A stretch of DNA of 64,000 nucleotides from a virus, in IMG/VR virus record IMGVR_UViG_3300009370_000014, positions 8,074 to 72,073 of that record, one strand, 5' to 3'. Positions 1-10,356 of the stretch are shown here, in pieces; within the stretch, counting starts at the first letter, position 1, and each line of letters starts with the position of its first letter. The notes under the pieces are model-generated. The model saw only the letters and a program-made list of their open reading frames with translations, was not told where the DNA came from and did no database searches. Position numbers and translations under genes: made by a program.

Positions 1-753
1 AAGCTATGGTCTTTGGATCAGGATTAATCAAGAGTAATGCCCTCCTTTGTAAAGTTAAACCTTTTTTTATGTATGTAAAAAGATCCTCTACCTACAGTAG
101 GTATCGCAATCTCCAAGGTTTCTGTGGTGGAAGAATTTGAGATAATTTCAAAGTAATCTCCGAGTACGTGGATAAGAGTACCCAGAGCTAATCTGTTATG
201 TGGTTTAAGAGCTAAAACCAATTTGAATTCCTAGCATGTTAAGATATCTACAAAGATGAACATCTAGAGTAGTAGTAGATTGTAAGTAAATAAGTCCGCT
301 AGAACTGAACTCAATTGTCGGATAAGTATTAGTGATAGCACTAACCTTGTACAAATCAGTATCTAAAATGTTAACTAAAGGAGCACGGTAGCGTTTAAAA
401 TTGAATATCATGGTTTTGAAATAAGATCTTTCGGATAACAGAGACTCTAGACGGAGAAAAGAAAATTTTACGTTTAGGATCAAGTAAGCTTAGAAAGGAT
501 AAAATCATGGTAATGACCTTAAAGCGTCTTTTTGAGAGATACCCGCAGTAATAGCAGATATCTTTAAATTATCGTCAAGCATCTCCAGAAATATCTTTTG
601 TAGAGCTTGTTGACGTTGCCTTATTTTTATCCAACTGAAACTCATTATCATCTAATAACTCGTTTATAGTTTTAGGTGCACGAGTGGCTTTCTTGCCAGA
701 CCCGTCATCTTTGAAAGATTTACCTAACTTAAAATCAGCTCTTTTTTCTAACA

Positions 754-1260
754 TTATTTAATGACCTTTATACGGTGTTCTGTTTTAGGAACTTTATTAG
801 CATCTTTTAAACGCTCTTTTACAGCAGTTTTCATGCGATTGAAAGTGTAAATGTTACGTAATACTTTTTCTGCTTTGGACATAGCTCTCTTTACACTAGA
901 TCCAGCCATCCTGCCAGGTTCCCGTAGCATAGAACCTAGTATAGTGTCCGAGTCATAGAATACTTGTCCAAAGGCACTTTTAGGCCTGTAGGACTCTCTA
1001 ACTGACTCACCGGGAACGTTACTAAGTACTTTACCTAGAGAAGCATGGAGAGCTCCCAGTTTGGCTCCATCTTTAATAGATTTGGTATCTATGGTTTTCT
1101 TTTTATCTCCATACAATCTACTAGTGATAGCACCTACCATACCTCCAGTGAGAGCACCTTCTATAGCATTCTCAGCAATTCCATAGGCATCCCCTGTACT
1201 ACGAGCTAGTACTCTCTGAACTCCTTCAGGTATTTGAGATAAGATAGTAGCCATTAACAT
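754..1260 (-). CDS. hypothetical protein with glycine-zipper-like segment
   Basis: 168-aa ORF; GALTGGMVGA / GAKLGA repeats; abuts upstream ORF. Confidence 0.5.
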   Translation of the reverse strand: MLMATILSQIPEGVQRVLARSTGDAYGIAENAIEGALTGGMVGAITSRLYGDKKKTIDTKSIKDGAKLGALHASLGKVLSNVPGESVRESYRPKSAFGQVFYDSDTILGSMLREPGRMAGSSVKRAMSKAEKVLRNIYTFNRMKTAVKERLKDANKVPKTEHRIKVIK

Positions 1261-2075
1261 TCCTCATCTAAGATGATAAAGATCACAAACTTTTGACATC
1301 TATAATTAAAACTAGTATCCATGTAAGACACCGGGTACTCTTCTCCTTTATATTTTAACCTAAATTGACTTCCAACTCTAGGATATAAAGGTGGTTTGCT
1401 TCTATTTGTGTCAAAAACCATAACAAAGCTACGATTAGCAAGAAATGCTTCTTCAGGCTCAAACAAAAGACTTCCTATTTCGGTCTCTAAGAATACTTCT
1501 TTTAGAGGAAGTTGAACTTTTTGTAAATTAGGTTTAAGCTCGAGAGTGTTTTCTTTAGATGACTTATTAAACAAAGCATCTATCACATCTTTATCTAATT
1601 CAGAGGGAGAAGGTATCTCTATACTAGTCTCCGACATAGTAGCATTTGATAAATCAATACTTAGGTACTCAGGATGACCTTCTACAGGATTGTGATCTCT
1701 ATCTACAGGACCTATCGTAACTCCCTCTTCTGTGATTTCCATCCAAGTACCATCCTCTCCTAATGTAAGCAATCTATGTTTAGTAATAGTGTCTGAGTAT
1801 TCTAAAGGAAACTCATCTCCTGGGGGTTGAAAAGTGTACTCATAACTGATATCTAAAAAACCATCTACTTCTTTTGTCTTATAAGCTTTTAGAGACTCCA
1901 TTAGCTCATGCAAATCTTTTTTAGTACCAACCTCTCCTCGCTCAATCTGTTGTACTATGGTACCTGCGATAGAGTCATCTTTATTTTCTTTTAAATCTTG
2001 ATAGATATTTTCAAGCTTAACACGTTGTTCCGCGCTAACTGATTGAAACTGCTCTATAACTTCCACTAATGACAT
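1254..2075 (-). CDS. hypothetical protein (acidic)
   Basis: 273-aa ORF with AGGAG RBS upstream. Confidence 0.6.
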   Translation of the reverse strand: MSLVEVIEQFQSVSAEQRVKLENIYQDLKENKDDSIAGTIVQQIERGEVGTKKDLHELMESLKAYKTKEVDGFLDISYEYTFQPPGDEFPLEYSDTITKHRLLTLGEDGTWMEITEEGVTIGPVDRDHNPVEGHPEYLSIDLSNATMSETSIEIPSPSELDKDVIDALFNKSSKENTLELKPNLQKVQLPLKEVFLETEIGSLLFEPEEAFLANRSFVMVFDTNRSKPPLYPRVGSQFRLKYKGEEYPVSYMDTSFNYRCQKFVIFIILDEEC

Positions 2076-2139
2076 TGCTTCTCCTATGTGAGAAATAAAG
2101 AAGTAAAATTGACTTCCAGCATTCTACTCTGCACTACTA

Positions 2140-2319
2140 TCAATCTGCAAAGTTAAAGTTTTGCAAACCCTTCAATAAGGGAGTTAAATCTAAAGCAGGA
2201 GTGTCATCATCCATTATAGACTCATAGATACAGGAGGTAGCCCAGCTACCTGCCCCAGCTCCAACTAAAATTCCAGCACCGAAAGCAACGCACATACCTG
2301 TAGTTAAACCAGTAAACAT
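2140..2319 (-). CDS. small putative membrane peptide (59 aa)
   Basis: Hand translation MFTGLTTGMCVAFGAGILVGAGAGSWATSC...; below ORF-track cutoff; lies downstream of GTTATAAGTA motif. Confidence 0.45.
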   Translation of the reverse strand: MFTGLTTGMCVAFGAGILVGAGAGSWATSCIYESIMDDDTPALDLTPLLKGLQNFNFAD

Positions 2320-2485
2320 ATAAATTCTCTATTCTGTTATTAGCTTTTAATCTGATAGTTAAATAATTCCAAGGTTTTCTACCGTTTTTCTAAGTTCTAT
2401 ATAGATCTCAGAAATTTCTATCCAGACTGTGATCCAGATTAGATCCAATTTGCGGTAGAACCGGAAGAAAACCGTCTTTACCTTT

Positions 2486-2495
2486 TACTTATAAC
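2486..2495 (-). promoter_or_regulatory. putative phage promoter motif GTTATAAGTA
   Basis: Exact 10-mer recurs intergenically in the same orientation at 18645, 30847, 31977. Confidence 0.5.
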
Positions 2496-2691
2496 ACTTT
2501 TTTACAAGTTTTAAGTAAGAGATAAATTTTTCAATCTGGATCATAATACATATACCAGGTATTAGCCTGGTTTTAAGTCCCAAATATGTCTAGCATCTGG
2601 GGAGAAAGAAAGTGCTAGGCCTGTATGACTAGTTACCAAAATCATCCATCCACCTGGCACTTTCATCCTATATGTAGAAACAGGGTACCCA

Positions 2692-4086
2692 TCATTCAAG
2701 GGTTCCCACTTTAATTTTTGCTTCATCACTAAGTACCTCACTCATATCTACATCATTGAACCACATACAATTTTTTTCATCAGGATTAATATTTTTACAT
2801 GCTAAATAATGTAAGTTATTAAGTGCCTTGAATCCGCAAGAAATACACATAGTTTCGTTAGAGAAAGAAGCATTAGCTAGTACTTTAGGTAAGACTAATC
2901 TTCCCTTACACATAGGGCATTTTGCCCCATCTACTTCTACTGTTTTACTCATCTGTATGAGTTTAAGACTACACTGACTAATGAAGCTCAACTTCTTAAT
3001 AGGTGCCTCATGTATCTTAGTACGACCAAAGTCTTTACGTTTAGGTGTGGAACTAAAAGGATAGAACTTGAATTCTTTACGTTGTTTAGACTTAGCAATA
3101 GCTGCTCGGACAACAGTCAATTCCTGCCATAAGCTATCATTGATTCCTTGATAACCTATTTGATAGTCTAATCCTCTATCGGTAGCGTATCTCCAATTAG
3201 AGTCAACCCAGCCTAAAGTAGCATCCTTACCATAAGCCAAATTTTTAGAGACCCCGTAATATCTCTGCCAAACTCTTCCTGTCCCCACAAAAGTGTCATC
3301 TTTAAGAGATACATATTTAGTATATCCTTGGTGAATACCTCGTGTATCTCCTGCAGACCCACAATCATAGCCTGAGATCTTTCGGGTAACTGTAGGGTAA
3401 TACAACGACCAATAGGCTAAGTATCTATGGAAAGCATCGAACGGCATAGGAGATTGAGGACCTGTCCCTGCTACAAAGTAATTATCAAGATCATTATCCT
3501 CAGTTTGATCAAGTATATCCATATCTACAGGCCAAGGAGCAGGGTAATTGAAAATGTCCTCTTTACTAAGTACATTCTTCCCAGTAGGAAAAGTACGATA
3601 CTTACCTGCTACAAGAGTTAATAAACTTGGACTATTAAAGGGAGTTACTGTTTCCCAAGCATTACTAAAAAACACTGAATATAAATTACAGCAGGTTTGA
3701 AACGCTAAACCATAGTTCACATGAAGCATAGGTATAGTTACAAAGTAATGCCGATACACATTAGGCCATCTAGTTCTGCGAACGTTAGCTGTCTTCTCAG
3801 GCAAACACAAAGGGTACCCTATCTCTGGAGCATACAAAACCAATTGAGGAATCTTTAGTCTACCAAGATCTTTCAATGCTACGCGAACACATAAACCAAG
3901 GCTAGGGTCTATAGGACGAAAGAACGCTGGGTTGTTAGAGGTGTCTTTTAATAGTTTAGTTTCTTCCCAGCTCTCAGGAGTACAAATGAACCCTTGTGTC
4001 CCTGCTCTTAGACAAAGGTTAGTGTTTCCTATTACATAATCATTAAAACCCTCAAAATCGGTCGAGAGCTCTCCATAAATCTTCAT
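2692..4086 (-). CDS. hypothetical protein with C-terminal Zn-ribbon
   Basis: 464-aa ORF; CPMC...CISC near C-terminus; GGAG RBS. Confidence 0.6.
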   Translation of the reverse strand: MKIYGELSTDFEGFNDYVIGNTNLCLRAGTQGFICTPESWEETKLLKDTSNNPAFFRPIDPSLGLCVRVALKDLGRLKIPQLVLYAPEIGYPLCLPEKTANVRRTRWPNVYRHYFVTIPMLHVNYGLAFQTCCNLYSVFFSNAWETVTPFNSPSLLTLVAGKYRTFPTGKNVLSKEDIFNYPAPWPVDMDILDQTEDNDLDNYFVAGTGPQSPMPFDAFHRYLAYWSLYYPTVTRKISGYDCGSAGDTRGIHQGYTKYVSLKDDTFVGTGRVWQRYYGVSKNLAYGKDATLGWVDSNWRYATDRGLDYQIGYQGINDSLWQELTVVRAAIAKSKQRKEFKFYPFSSTPKRKDFGRTKIHEAPIKKLSFISQCSLKLIQMSKTVEVDGAKCPMCKGRLVLPKVLANASFSNETMCISCGFKALNNLHYLACKNINPDEKNCMWFNDVDMSEVLSDEAKIKVGTLE

Positions 4087-4142
4087 ACGATACTCCTAAA
4101 GAGAAAGTTTCTATTTCTTAAATGGTCTACCTATCTGTATAG

Positions 4143-4713
4143 TGATACCTATCTGTATACTATAACTATAAGGTAGGTATACTGAGGGGTTCAATACGTC
4201 ATTTTTGTATCAAATAGGTATAAAGTATACAGGTATGCTACATTTGCTATATAAGTAAGGATACCATATGCTGTCTAGGATACAAGCCAATTTTAGCCCT
4301 TTTTCTACTTATATACATATATTATACTTATATGTATACCCCCTAATGTCTCTAGAATTTTAAAAAAGTCGTTTTTTCCCTCTGTATCCTAGTAGTTTGG
4401 TCAGAGGAGTTATATTATAAGAGTTACAGAGCTATACATATAGGTAGAAAAATGACCAAAATCTAAGGGGAAAAATAAGTGGTACATTTCGCTCTTATAT
4501 ATAGAGAGAAGGGGGGGGTGTAAATAGGTATAAAGTAGTCACATACGTATAATTTAGCTCAATTTCAGCCTGTAGCCTAGTGTCCATAAGGGATCCTTAC
4601 TTGTATAGCAAATGTAGCATACCTGTATACTTTCTACCTATTGATACAAATATGAGCTATTCGACCCCCAAATTCTACTTACTTGATAGTTTAGCTATAC
4701 AGATAGGTATACC
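4143..4713. repeat. large imperfect inverted repeat (well-matched arms ~4143-4287 and ~4568-4713, degenerate continuation inward)
   Basis: aaagtatacaggtatgctacatttgctata in left arm is the exact reverse complement of tatagcaaatgtagcatacctgtatacttt in right arm; whole interval is ORF-free. Confidence 0.9.
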
Positions 4714-4937
4714 ATTACCCTGACCACTCTATGTAAGTTAATCTGCAAGAATTCCCTAGACTTTCTAGCGATTCTTTGTTATCAAGTTTGTCGATAACAC
4801 TGTACAGGAAATCAACCAATCCTTCTACCTCATCTATAGAAAAGCCTGGCTCAAATAAATAGCCAGGCTCACTGGTATACATGTTCTTTACGTATATTTC
4901 CGGATACTTAGCAGTCATCCCTAGACTCACTTCATAC

Positions 4938-5861
4938 TCATAATCCTCGACCAGTATCCTCATCAACTGAACCAGCTTGTTGTAATCTTTCAATGTCCAC
5001 TCCAAAGTCTAACGAGTAAATTTTTCGCCACTGCTCTACTGTTCTATTATTAGTGTGCTTGTCTAATAGTTTTCTTAATTGTATCCAGTTGGTATCTAGG
5101 TAGTTGCCAGTTAAGTCAGCTCCTGGATAAATTTGAGTATCACATTTAGTTATGTCAACCACTTGATGTTCGAAGGGTGACCAGTGACCTGATTCCTTAA
5201 GTCTATGGAATAAGCTACGAGCAATCGAGACAGATAATCTTCTGTAAGATATCTTAGCACATGTCGTAACTGACTGGATGATCCTTTCTTCCAAAGAAAG
5301 TGCTTGGCTGTATGGTAGGTGCCATTTATGCTCAGTAGGTGTACTATCATTTATTTCCTGTCTAATCATGTCAGATAATTGATGAATACATGACTGAGCA
5401 TCAGAAGATGATCTAAGTCTAAAAAAATTATCCCAACCTTTTTCGTTGCATACTCCAGTCATAATAGACTTACTAGTCCTAAAAGGAGATAGAGGCCTAT
5501 TGATTACCTCTTTAGCTATGCCAACTTGGTACATGTATTTAAAATAGGTATTCATACTATTAAGCTTATCTATCATAGTCTGTTCCAAGTTGGTCCAAAG
5601 TCTAACAAAATCTTTGTAGGCCTTGTCTTCAAAGTAACTGTAACTTTCCATCCCTTTAGACCACTTACCTACCTTTTTAGGTATAAACAAAGGTATATCT
5701 CTAAATTTAGAGAAAGGAACAGCACGTTGGGACTGTGTATTTTTGGATATAGATCTATGTTTATTAATCTGTGCATCTATATAAGTAGGATGCTCAACTT
5801 CTAAAGTTGTTATCCTCTGTCCTTTTGTATTAATACTGTCAAGTATTACTTTTGCGTACAT
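4938..5861 (-). CDS. thyX: FAD-dependent thymidylate synthase (phage type)
   Basis: RITTLE; KHRSISKNTQSQR (variant of RHRx7S); NFFRLR; GHWSPFEHQ. Confidence 0.85.
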   Translation of the reverse strand: MYAKVILDSINTKGQRITTLEVEHPTYIDAQINKHRSISKNTQSQRAVPFSKFRDIPLFIPKKVGKWSKGMESYSYFEDKAYKDFVRLWTNLEQTMIDKLNSMNTYFKYMYQVGIAKEVINRPLSPFRTSKSIMTGVCNEKGWDNFFRLRSSSDAQSCIHQLSDMIRQEINDSTPTEHKWHLPYSQALSLEERIIQSVTTCAKISYRRLSVSIARSLFHRLKESGHWSPFEHQVVDITKCDTQIYPGADLTGNYLDTNWIQLRKLLDKHTNNRTVEQWRKIYSLDFGVDIERLQQAGSVDEDTGRGL

Positions 5862-5989
5862 TTGTATATCCTAGAACATATACTTCTGTCGATCTTTTCG
5901 ACATTCTTTAGTTTGTAAATCTCTTAATAGTAGTTGTCGAAAGTTTTATATACTTATCTTAAAGTGATTTAAGAAACTATAGTTAACTT

Positions 5990-6139
5990 TTATGTATTAA
6001 TCTTAAGATATTCTATAGCTTCTAAAGGCCAGATTAAGTCTCCGTGAAAATCTACAGAATAAAGATATCCAGTATATCCTGCCTTTCTAATAGCCCTATC
6101 TTTAGATAGATACGAATCATCTAGAAGTTGAATTATCAT
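5990..6139 (-). CDS. micro-ORF (49 aa), paralog of 6136-6297
   Basis: MIIQL...KAGYTGYLY...GDL; ATGA-coupled to the upstream paralog. Confidence 0.55.
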   Translation of the reverse strand: MIIQLLDDSYLSKDRAIRKAGYTGYLYSVDFHGDLIWPLEAIEYLKINT

Positions 6140-6297
6140 AGCTTAACACCGTTTTCTTTAGCATACTTACGAGCTATTTTACTCCAACCCCCTAAATTGC
6201 CTTCTTGAGTATAGTGATATAAATAACCTTTGTACCCAGCATTTAACATAAGTTCATCTACTTCTAAGTTAACCGACTTAACCATACTTACTATCAT
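6136..6297 (-). CDS. micro-ORF (53 aa), paralog of 5990-6139
   Basis: MIVSM...NAGYKGYLY...GNL. Confidence 0.55.
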   Translation of the reverse strand: MIVSMVKSVNLEVDELMLNAGYKGYLYHYTQEGNLGGWSKIARKYAKENGVKL

Positions 6298-6402
6298 GTC
6301 CCTAAGGCTATTCCTATCAATATTACTAATATTACATATAGAATTAAAAATCCCGTAGATAAATTATCATGTAACTTTTTTCTCATCATGTTCCTACATA
6401 AA

Positions 6403-6430
6403 AATAGACAGCTGTATCAGCTGCCTTTTG
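6403..6430. terminator. putative intrinsic terminator
   Basis: cagctg-tat-cagctg hairpin flanked by A-run and T-run, downstream of ORF 6458-6802. Confidence 0.4.
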
Positions 6431-6457
6431 AAAATACTAAAATATTACTCTTTTAAA

Positions 6458-6802
6458 CTAATAGCTATAAATACCCAATAATACTATAACAATTATTGGA
6501 ATCAAGATCAATATTTTCATTAAGTTAAAGATTATCTTTAAGTTTAAAGGTTTCTCTCTTTTAACAATTCTACCAACGCTAAAAATAAGTTCATTATTTG
6601 CAAGGTAATCTCCAAAAGATACAGTTACTCGTTTTAACTTATCTGTCATTCTTTTTCTATTTAACTTTGTTAAGGATATCTTTAAATTATTATTGGAAGC
6701 ATACCTTTTCAAATAAGCTACCTCAAAGGTTGTTGCTTCTACTACTGCTAACATATTTCCTATATAAATTAGATAAACATTTCTATGTATGACTGGTTTC
6801 AT
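6458..6802 (-). CDS. hypothetical protein with C-terminal TM helix
   Basis: 114 aa; GAGG RBS; hydrophobic C-terminus. Confidence 0.55.
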   Translation of the reverse strand: MKPVIHRNVYLIYIGNMLAVVEATTFEVAYLKRYASNNNLKISLTKLNRKRMTDKLKRVTVSFGDYLANNELIFSVGRIVKREKPLNLKIIFNLMKILILIPIIVIVLLGIYSY

Positions 6803-6818
6803 GTCTCACCTCATCTTA

Positions 6819-6926
6819 CTCTCAATGCTAACAATGCTAACAACGCTCTCAATGCTAACAACGCTCTCAATGCTAACAACGCTCTCAATGCTAACAACGC
6901 TCTCAATGCTCTCAATGCTAACAATG
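6819..6926. repeat. tandem minisatellite, 18-bp unit gctctcaatgctaacaac built from 9-bp sub-units
   Basis: About 12 consecutive 9-mers (gctctcaat / gctaacaac / gctaacaat). Confidence 0.95.
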
Positions 6927-7672
6927 ATTTCAATAAGTAATATAAATTAAATTCTAAGCATATAATTCTATGTTCTCTACTACAGCACCCAATGCTTCCA
7001 TAAGCCTCTCCAATCTCTCTTTAGAATACCTGCTAAAATGAATAATCATCAACTTCCTCTCTTATGTACTGCATAATTCTAGCATTAGTTAATTCCATAT
7101 ATAAGTAGCATTCTCACACGGAGTGATCTCCTTCTTACATAATTTTCCATAGTATCTTTCCCAGGTAATCTATTTAGTCGCTGAATTTCGTCAGAAATCC
7201 ATTCTTTATCTTTAGAACTCACAAATGTAACAAACATCTTCTAATTGCCTCCGTTAATTTACAGATGTCTTTACTCTACTTCGTCGGTTTTATTAAGTCA
7301 ATGTACTTCAACTGAGTTAGTTTTTCATGTCTAGTAAATAATTCATTTAAGATATTTGAACGCTTGTAAGGTACCCAAGATGATTTGTGAACTTTATGAA
7401 ATACTTCCCTTAAATTAGTTATATCCTTGGGATGTAATAATATCAGTATCATATGGCTCCTATTCCATATAACTAGTAGCTAATCCCTGTACTGGTAGCT
7501 AACCAATTTATTATGCATATAAACCAACTGTCCACCACATATAGGATGTAGGATGCTTATACTTAGAATCACTTCTATACTTTTTATATGAAATAATCAA
7601 GAGACCATCCCAGGTAATACATAAACTTCATAGTTTCATGTAAATAATACTTATTTGCTCTCCATGCAAAAA

Positions 7673-8335
7673 TCATATAGTCTCTATTCTAAATGTATCT
7701 TCTAGATAGTCTCTAAAAGCATCCCCATGAAATTTAGTCAGTGATCTCAGCTTATGTATTACTTTTAGAGTACTCGAATATATTTTGTTGCCTGGCCTAA
7801 AAAGCTCTTTTTGATCATTACATACTCTAATAAGAGTTTCCTCTAAGAAATTATCACTTATAAGATCAACATCTTTCTGAATAATTTCAATATTATCGAG
7901 TATGTTTGACCAGGCGTCACCTTGTAATAACAATCTAGCTTCCATGACTAAAGATATTTTATCTGCATACGAAACTACTGGATCTATACATTCAAAGTTA
8001 TAATTTTGACTTCGAAATATGTTAGTTGCTGCATATTTTTCAAGATCTCTTGTAGCCTTGTTCTTGAAGGGTGTAGGTATATCTCCAAACATACACTCAG
8101 TAGCGTCATGCACAAGTCCTTGCAGTATAAGATGATCATACCCTAGTACCCATAGAATGTAAGCTACATGTATGCTATGCGCGAAAACATTAAAGTCCCA
8201 AATAGTATTACCTGAGAATCGAGCTATTCTGCCTAAAGATACTAAAATATCTTCTATATTTGGAGGATCATCTACGCTGCATAACTTACCACTATAAGTG
8301 TAAATTTGATGTTTGAACCCTAAGTCTGTACACAT
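7673..8335 (-). CDS. HD-domain phosphohydrolase (5'-deoxynucleotidase-like)
   Basis: RFSG, VFAHS, GLVHDATE..GDIPTP, YADK motifs. Confidence 0.8.
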   Translation of the reverse strand: MCTDLGFKHQIYTYSGKLCSVDDPPNIEDILVSLGRIARFSGNTIWDFNVFAHSIHVAYILWVLGYDHLILQGLVHDATECMFGDIPTPFKNKATRDLEKYAATNIFRSQNYNFECIDPVVSYADKISLVMEARLLLQGDAWSNILDNIEIIQKDVDLISDNFLEETLIRVCNDQKELFRPGNKIYSSTLKVIHKLRSLTKFHGDAFRDYLEDTFRIETI

Positions 8336-8879
8336 CTTAATTTTATCCCATTAGTCTGTAATTCTTCTCCTAATATATAAGATCCTATCACAATTTGTCG
8401 CCAAGTCCTGTATTTTTTGTAACTGATAACCAACTCAGTATATCCTCATCTATATCCTTTTCAAAATCATTCATTAATTCTCCAGCTAACCATTTGGCCC
8501 AATTTTCACAATTTCCAAAACTTATAATCATCTCTACTCTATTTATTTTCCTAGCTAAAATTTTAGTAAAGTCATACTTCGAATTTTTTGTATCTATTGC
8601 AAGTAGATATTGACATATCGTGAAATTCTTTATTTTTATCAGTATCTACTATATCCTCTATCTTATCTGGAAAGTAACAGTAACATATAGTCATCTCTAT
8701 TTCTTTAGGATTCCCAATAGAAGGTTTCTCTCCTTTCCAAGATTCCCAATCTTCTCGTCCTTCTTTTATTACATCACTTAATCCATCTCGATGTACATAT
8801 ACTCCCTCTATGTATTGACCATAAACACATGTCTTACAAAGATTTTCACCTTCTGCCATACAACCTCCTACTAGTTAGT

Positions 8880-8919
8880 CGTAGAAGCAGGAGGGGCTAA
8901 AGCCCACTCCTGTTCTACG
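8880..8919. terminator. strong intergenic hairpin (terminator or processing site)
   Basis: cgtagaagcaggaggggc-taaa-gcccactcctgttctacg. Confidence 0.5.
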
Positions 8920-9699
8920 TCTACTTTAGGTTTATTTATCTACCCTTTTAACTAGTAATCCTATAAGCTTCACTATAGATTCAATATCCTCAATTTTAGT
9001 TTTAACTTTAATATTGGCCTCAAAGTCAATAAGTTCTTCAGTCTTATTACCTACACTGTTGATGCTTACATTGCCTGATTCCCCTACTGGAAGTGAAAAG
9101 CTAAATGTAAGATTACGACCAGTTACTTTTTTTTTAGAGTCAGTTTTCATTTTTTCTATCATATCTACTATCTTCCTAAATCTTAGAGTATTTTGTTCAT
9201 TGCTTTGAAGTTACTTTATAAATCCTACCATATATGAAATTTCCATCTAGGCTGACGCCCCTGACGTATATGGTCTTCTAATATTGATTCCAGCTGGTTT
9301 CTAACTTGAGATATATGATTTTCGCAAGCATAAGAAATAGGAATAACATCTAAATACTCGCTACTAACTAATAACTGGTATATACCTTCTTTCCTTTGAT
9401 AAAAGAAAACCAGTGCTTCTATGCGACTACCTGTTTCACATCCTCTACATAGAGGAACTTGATACTCGGATAAATGTAAACAAGCCATAATCTAATACCT
9501 ACATTGAGAGAAGAAGAGCTCTCGAGCGCTGTCGACTTCTTTATTATCGCATATCGGAGATATGCTTTACAATATTGCTTTATATGCAACTACTTACGTA
9601 TTAGACTTTAAACTGCAACTTACAAAGTTCAGTAGTTACTACCGACAGACTAAGTAACCTCAGATTAGATTTTTGAATTTATTTTAGATAAGAACAATA

Positions 9700-10150
9700 T
9701 ACCTTGAAGCGAGAGATGCATTAATGAAGTTTGCATCTTCTTGCTCTAGGATATCTCTCCAGTACTCACGTTAGTGAGCAACACAATCTTGAGCTTAACT
9801 CGAGGGAGTACGTATAATTATTCTTAAATATCAACACATATACAATAATTCCATGCTAACCTTACTATGATTTCGAAAATCTAAAAGATTTCTGTTTAAC
9901 TTACTTAAGTTAAATGGAATTTTTAGATTTGCGTTTTCATAGAAATTACAATACTAAGCTTAACTTAGTGAAGTACGAATTAATTACATATTGATATCTA
10001 TGTATAGCTTACAAAGATATTAATAATTTCAACAGAAAGCCTGCGTACACATCTCATTTTACCGGTACGCTCCTTGATTTATCAAGGGTGTATTGAAAAA
10101 TGAGGATGCAAATACAATACCAAGGTTACCTTAGTTAAGTACAAATTATT
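9700..10150. repeat. periodic non-coding array: three ~35-bp repeats (ACAAT-hairpin-AGTAC) spaced 165/166 bp, each preceded by a variable long hairpin
   Basis: acaat at 9783, 9948, 10114; agtac at 9807, 9972, 10138; long hairpins at ~9702-9750, 9865-9942, 10050-10108. Confidence 0.75.
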
Positions 10151-10152
10151 AG

Positions 10153-10356
10153 CTAGAACCCTTGGACATAATCATCTATAGTTCCATCTTCATCAACTAT
10201 CGCTAAGCGAAAACCAAACTCTTTGGCTTCACAGACCAAATCCAGTAAAGCAAGTGCGTTGGCTATAATCTCTGACTCGCTACCAAAATTTGTTTTTTCT
10301 AAAAGTTCTTTGAATAAATCATCAAAACTATCTTCTAAATTTATGATAAGGCCCAT
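10153..10356 (-). CDS. small ribbon-helix-helix-like DNA-binding protein
   Basis: 67 aa; strand-helix-helix pattern SESEIIANALALL; AGGAG RBS. Confidence 0.5.
   Translation of the reverse strand: MGLIINLEDSFDDLFKELLEKTNFGSESEIIANALALLDLVCEAKEFGFRLAIVDEDGTIDDYVQGF

Noticed and set aside
9560-9660. Possible fourth and fifth array repeats (tacaatattgc...; tacaaagttc...)
   Set aside because: Lack the AGTAC tail at the 25-nt offset and do not fit the 165-bp period well.
9700-10150. CRISPR array interpretation
   Set aside because: Repeats are degenerate, spacers are ~130 bp and self-complementary, and no cas operon is present; the lone PD-(D/E)XK nuclease is a common phage replication gene.
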